DNA of 64,000 nucleotides from Octopus vulgaris (lineage: Eukaryota). The stretch is from positions 84,692,001 through 84,756,000 of the forward strand of contig OX597820.1 in assembly GCA_951406725.2 (NCBI GenBank), given 5' to 3'. Below the pieces are notes generated by a model. The model was not told the DNA's origin and made no database searches. It saw nothing but the letters and a program-made list of their open reading frames with translations. A program made the position numbers and the translations under genes. Of this stretch, positions 57,916-64,000 are shown one piece after another (positions within the stretch are counted from its first letter, which is position 1; each line of letters starts with the position of its first letter).

Positions 57916-58087
57916 TACGCATATATGGATATGTGCATTTATATAGGCATATAAGAATATACCTATATGTGTGTGTATATATATATGTATATGTTTATGT
58001 ATGTATACATGTATATGTATATATTTATATATGAATGTGTATATAATTATATACAGATATACGTATATGTTTATGCAGCAATAAATG

Positions 58088-59410
58088 AGGTCAAATACTA
58101 CTCTACACCACATTGAAGATGTACTCAAAGCCTTGGGAACAGGTTCGAACTCGGATGTCATATAACTTGACTTCAGTAAAGCGTTCGACAGGGTAGACCA
58201 TAATATCCTACTTTCAAAATTGGCAAATGTTGGAATCCGTGGAAAAGTTCTACACTGGATTAAGTATTTCCTGGCGAATAGAACACATGTTGTAGTTGAT
58301 GGAGTCCACTCAATCCCAACAAAATTCACCAGCGGTGTCCTCCAGGGTACTGTCTTGGGTCCGCTACTCTTCATAATCTACATAAACGACCTTTCCAGTG
58401 TCGTACGTTACTGTAAAGTGAAAATATTTGCTGATGACACTAAGCTCCAGCAAATCGTCAATGAAGAAGCAGACTGAACTCAACTCCAGTCTGATCTATA
58501 TGCTGTGAGTCAATGGGCACACAGAAACACAATGCAACTGAACGAGGGAAAATTTGAGCTGAAGCATTTTGGAAGGAATTCCTCACTAAAACAGCCATAC
58601 TCTCTTCCTTCAGGGGAACCGCTCACAGCCTCTAACAATATCAGATACCTGGGTGTAATTGTTGATGACGATCTCAGTTGGAGTGCACACATCAACAAGA
58701 AGGTCGATATATCTCGTAGGATGAGTTCCTAGATCTTAAGAACTTTCCGGTCCAGAGAACAAGGTGTCATCATACCACTTTTCTCCTCCTTTGTACGGCT
58801 ACACCTCGAATACTGCTGCCCACTGTGGTCTCCCCATACAAGACAAAACATCTCGAGGATTGAATCACCCCAGAGAGCACTCACTAAACGAATTGAAGGA
58901 ATGGCTGCTCTCGATTATTGGGATCGCCTTAAAGCCTTGAAACTCTACTCTCTCCAGCGTCGCCGTGAGCGGTACGTCATTTGTACGATGTGGAGAATAT
59001 ACCACCAACTTTGCCCAAACGACCTGAACATTAGCTTCAAGGTTCGTCCAAGACTGGGACCACGGGCCATACGTCCTCTACCCAATTCAAGATCACAGCA
59101 TACGTGTACACTGCAACATAATTTCTTTTCCTCAACAGGCCCTGTCCTATTTAACATTGTGCTGAAAGAGATCAAAGAGGAAAAGGATCCCATCAACTTT
59201 AAACGGAGTCTGGATAGATTCCTTCAAGGAATACCAGATAAGCCACGCATAATTGGATACAACTCACCCAACAAAAGCTCACTACTTGAATGGTCCATAA
59301 ACAAAACTTTACTTAAACAGGATTCAAATAATCCTATCAGGTGGTGCTATTAATTTAGACATGGCTTGGACCAATCATTGGTCGAAACATATCTAAGTTT
59401 ATCTAAGTTT
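58088..59410 (+). mobile_element. CR1-clade LINE 3' part (RT to 3' end)
   Basis: DFSKAFDRVDH, SGVLQGTVLGPLLFIIYIND, FADDTK, HLEYCCPLWSP, LKLYSLQRRRERY; 3' hairpin gaccaatcattggtc and terminal (atctaagttt)2. Confidence 0.92.
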
Positions 59411-60890
<1,480 letters not shown>

Positions 60891-61652
60891 GGAAAACATC
60901 AACTGGAAATATAGATTTAAATCGTAAATATATTAGACAACATGTTATCTGTCATTGTTCTTTGGTTTTGTTTAAATGTGATTTGTTAGAAAGTTAGTTG
61001 CCTAGGAAATGTTGAAATGTTTAGCCTTGATTTAGAGAGATGAGTCAACGTTACTTTTAACAAAATAGCACAATTTTCTTCGCAGGACAATCTAACATTA
61101 CGTTATGTACAATTAGTTTAGAAACTGCTGCAGAATCATTGCTGATAAAGCGGCATGTGAAGATGTTTTCGAAAACAACATCCTAAAACACGGATTAACG
61201 CTATTTTCCTATTCACGTCTCTGTGCGCAATTACGATACATTTTATCCATGTTTCCCTATTGCTATTCAGCGTTTAGTAAAACCGTTTCTTTCTACCTTA
61301 GACTAACAATGATATAATGCTGCGAATACTAAATGCTGTCCTCTACTTTATTCTATAGCACATCTGATCTGGTACATGGAGATTCATCAAAGTGAAGGAA
61401 AATAAAAGAAGCGAAGAGAAAAAAATGGGCCTCGAAATGAGGAAAGAAATCTTAATGTATTTTAATCATAACATTTTGTACTGTAACGCTTCAAGTCGTT
61501 GAGCAAATGACTAAGCCAGAAAATTAATTGGTTGGCTAATCTTTTATTAGGGGTAACAACGTGTATAAGTAATAAAAAATGAAATAAGTAGTTTTCTATA
61601 ACGGGATTCGCCAATAGGACTAGTAAATAAATAGCACTAAATATTTCGTAAA

Positions 61653-61686
61653 TAGGCGCAGGAGTTGCTGTGTGGTAAGTAGCTTG
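61653..61686 (+). mobile_element. SINE family A 5' head, split by the ORF1-only element
   Basis: taggcgcaggagttgctgtgtggtaagtagcttg matches 24307-24340 and continues at 63933. Confidence 0.85.
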
Positions 61687-63932
61687 GTTACAGGTTGCTT
61701 CTGCGCATGTGCGAGTCAGTGTTGTGTTTGGCACTGAAGCGGTGAAGACGTGCTTTTGAAGCCGTCTTGAATTGAAAATTTTTGAAGCCCCATTGTAAGG
61801 TAAGATTCTGTTTTCTGGGTCCAGTGGGAGTTTTTGTTGAAAATTGTTTTTTACAGGCAGGAAGTACTACTGGATTCAGAATTCTGATTCTGCCGACATG
61901 GGGCAAATATATTTTTCTCGCTGAATTGTGGAAATTTTGGGGGGCGTATTCGTCTTCGATAATTGAGTGAATATTTTTCTCACCTAATTATGAGAATTGT
62001 ATTGTGCTGTGAAGAACTTTAAGAATTGTGAGAACTGTTATATAGGGGAGTGTTTTGCCTCCGAAGTTTGAACAATTTTTACCAATTTTACACCAATTTT
62101 TGTGGAAGTTGTGTTCCATTTGCGGCGTTCCGGGTTCAATTTAGGCCGGGAGTACCGAATGGCCAGAAGGTTTTTGCTGTGTTATTGACTTTCTTTTTAA
62201 CTTTATTTGACTTTCTCCTTTTTGTTCATTGTGACTTTCTTCTGATTTCTTTTTCTTCTCGCTTTTTAAGTTTTATTTTGAATATATTTAAAAAAAAGAA
62301 AAAAAAAACATGGCAAGGAAAAATGACAAAATTTTGGAATGGGAGATCATACCGCCTAAAAAGTGGTTAAAAGACCGTGAAGATAGGACGGTGGTGTTGA
62401 GAACCTACTCCAAGGCACTCGACACCATCGCCCTGTTCGAAAAGACGGCAATTGAAAAGGAGTTGGCAGAGTATTTGCCAACAATTAAATTCATTTCCAG
62501 GGGTGTCAAATATGCAACGGTGTGGTTGCTATTTGACACCCCTGAAGAGGCTTGCAAATTTGCTAGTAAACCTTTGGCGAGTAAGGAAATTTTATTCCTG
62601 CCCACGTACCAAAAAAAGAGACTGACGAAAGCTTGGATTTGCGGGCTGCCACTCGGGATAGAACCCGAGTGGATACAGGAGACTATCCGCCGGGGTTTGG
62701 GTAGCAGCGAAACTAAGCTCCTTAATGTGAAATTTCTTCCTGCGCTGCTTGGGTTGGGTCAAAAGCAATTTTGACCCTTTGGACCCAATCAGCCAATCTG
62801 GTTCTTCCAGATTTTTTGAAAATGACCGGGTGCAGGTACCCGGTGATGCTTGAGGGTCGCCCCCCTAAGTGTCATCGGTGCTTGGAGTCCGGCCATATAA
62901 AGAAGATCTGTCCCCGGGAACAAAATAGGATCCCGGAACAGTTAAGTGAAACCCCTGTAGAAGAGGGAAAGATAACGGCCGAGGAAGCAGAGGACTCCTC
63001 AAACAGAGGCCGAAAGAGGAAGGTGAGCAACAATGGGTGCTCACCAAAGGACACTAGGGATGAGGAGGGAAAGGCGAATCTTCCGGCCACGGAGGAGACG
63101 CACCCTCCCTCAGTTGAAAAGAAAAAAAAAGAAAAAGAGGAAGAGAAACGGGACATTACTGGCTGTCGGTGACATAGCACCGGAATGTCCCGGAACTACG
63201 TCGGTTGGGGTTGTGCCACCGACAGGAGAATAAATACCGTTGGCGGGAACTGTGCCGCCAACGAAAGAATTGAGTATCCCGCACCCGAGCAAAAACGAGG
63301 TATTGATCCTCTTCCATAGAGGCGGAGAGATTGAAAAGGTGAAGGAAAAGCACCACAAGGGAGCACCTTTAGCCTTCACACAGGACCCCAAATGGCCTCC
63401 GCAGGTAGCTGTGGAGGCCGTGGCGTTCGACGTGACGCTTGGGCTGAAGGAGCTCAATGAGGATTATAGCTTGGTCCCGGGTGACGCTAACTCGGAACTC
63501 GATTACGTTCTGAGGGAGGCATGGTGGATGGTGGAGGATGCGGGCACAAGTTATTTCGAGGACGAGTCAAATTGTGATACGACTTGAGGGGCCCCGACCT
63601 AGAGCTGGCGCATTCCTAAGGGAAGTGTAAGCCAGGTCTGGGAGGAGGGTATTTGTGTATTGTATTTATATATGTAATTATTGAACTACGTTGTTATTAG
63701 TAATGGACTACTAAGACCAAAAATTGAAAAAATTGTAAGAGGTTTAATACCTCGTTTTGTGTTTGTTTTTAAAAGAACAATGTTTTAGAGAAGTAGAAGT
63801 CGGCGGACGCTTTTTGTCTTCTCCCATCCCCATCATATTTCTTTCATTATCATACACTTCATTAATGTCCTCGTCCAGCCCGCAAAGCTAACTTACTCTA
63901 TGTACTGCCTTTATGGCAAATGTTATGAAATA
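61687..63932 (+). mobile_element. Complete 2.25-kb ORF1-only (HAL1-like) retroelement, copy 3, with TSD
   Basis: About 620-bp 5' UTR; broken ORF 62310-63587 (RTVVLRT..LPTYQKKR..MLEGRPPKCHRCLESGHIKKICP); about 345-bp 3' UTR; aataaa at 63929; aagtagcttg duplicated at 61677-61686 and 63933-63942. Confidence 0.85.
62310..63587 (+). pseudogene. Disrupted ORF1/gag-like nucleic-acid-binding protein (probable RRM-like region, CX2CX4HX4C knuckle, acidic/basic linker, C-terminal domain)
   Basis: Consecutive ORFs 62310-62774, 62771-63172, the end of 63033-63233 and 63240-63587. Confidence 0.7.
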
Positions 63933-64000
63933 AAGTAGCTTGTCTACCAACCACATGGTTCCGAGTTCAGTCTCACTGCGTGGCACCTTGGGCAAGTGTC
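63933..64000 (+). mobile_element. SINE family A continuation, running off the window
   Basis: aagtagcttgtctaccaaccacatggttccgagttcagtctcactgcgtggcaccttgggcaagtgtc matches 24331-24398. Confidence 0.9.

Noticed and set aside
59360-59392. gacc-aatcatt-ggtc-GAAAC as a hammerhead
   Set aside because: No CTGANGA upstream; it is the CR1 3' stem-loop

Overview
AT-rich, repeat-dense eukaryotic genomic DNA. The SINE, LINE and microsatellite content suggests a cephalopod, probably Octopus (from recall, not a database search). No host gene can be firmly identified; there are only weak candidate minus-strand exons at about 22.7 and 32.7-33.2 kb. Most listed ORFs are translations of microsatellite or satellite DNA. 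The window holds R4/Dong-type LINEs in (TAA)n/(TAG)n tracts, Penelope-like (PLE) remnants with at least seven hammerhead-ribozyme motifs (one apparently intact), a young Tx1/L1-clade LINE in a (GATA)n tract, CR1 and RTE fragments, three tRNA-derived SINE families, an 8-bp-TSD MITE and a 3.6-kb A4T4 satellite with an inverted arm. The most notable feature is three homologous RT-less, ORF1-only retroelements (HAL1-like, one with a TSD). Two of them, and one SINE subfamily, end in a short hairpin plus AATAAA like that of the Tx1 LINE, which suggests a three-tier LINE/half-LINE/SINE mobilisation system. All alignments were made by eye.
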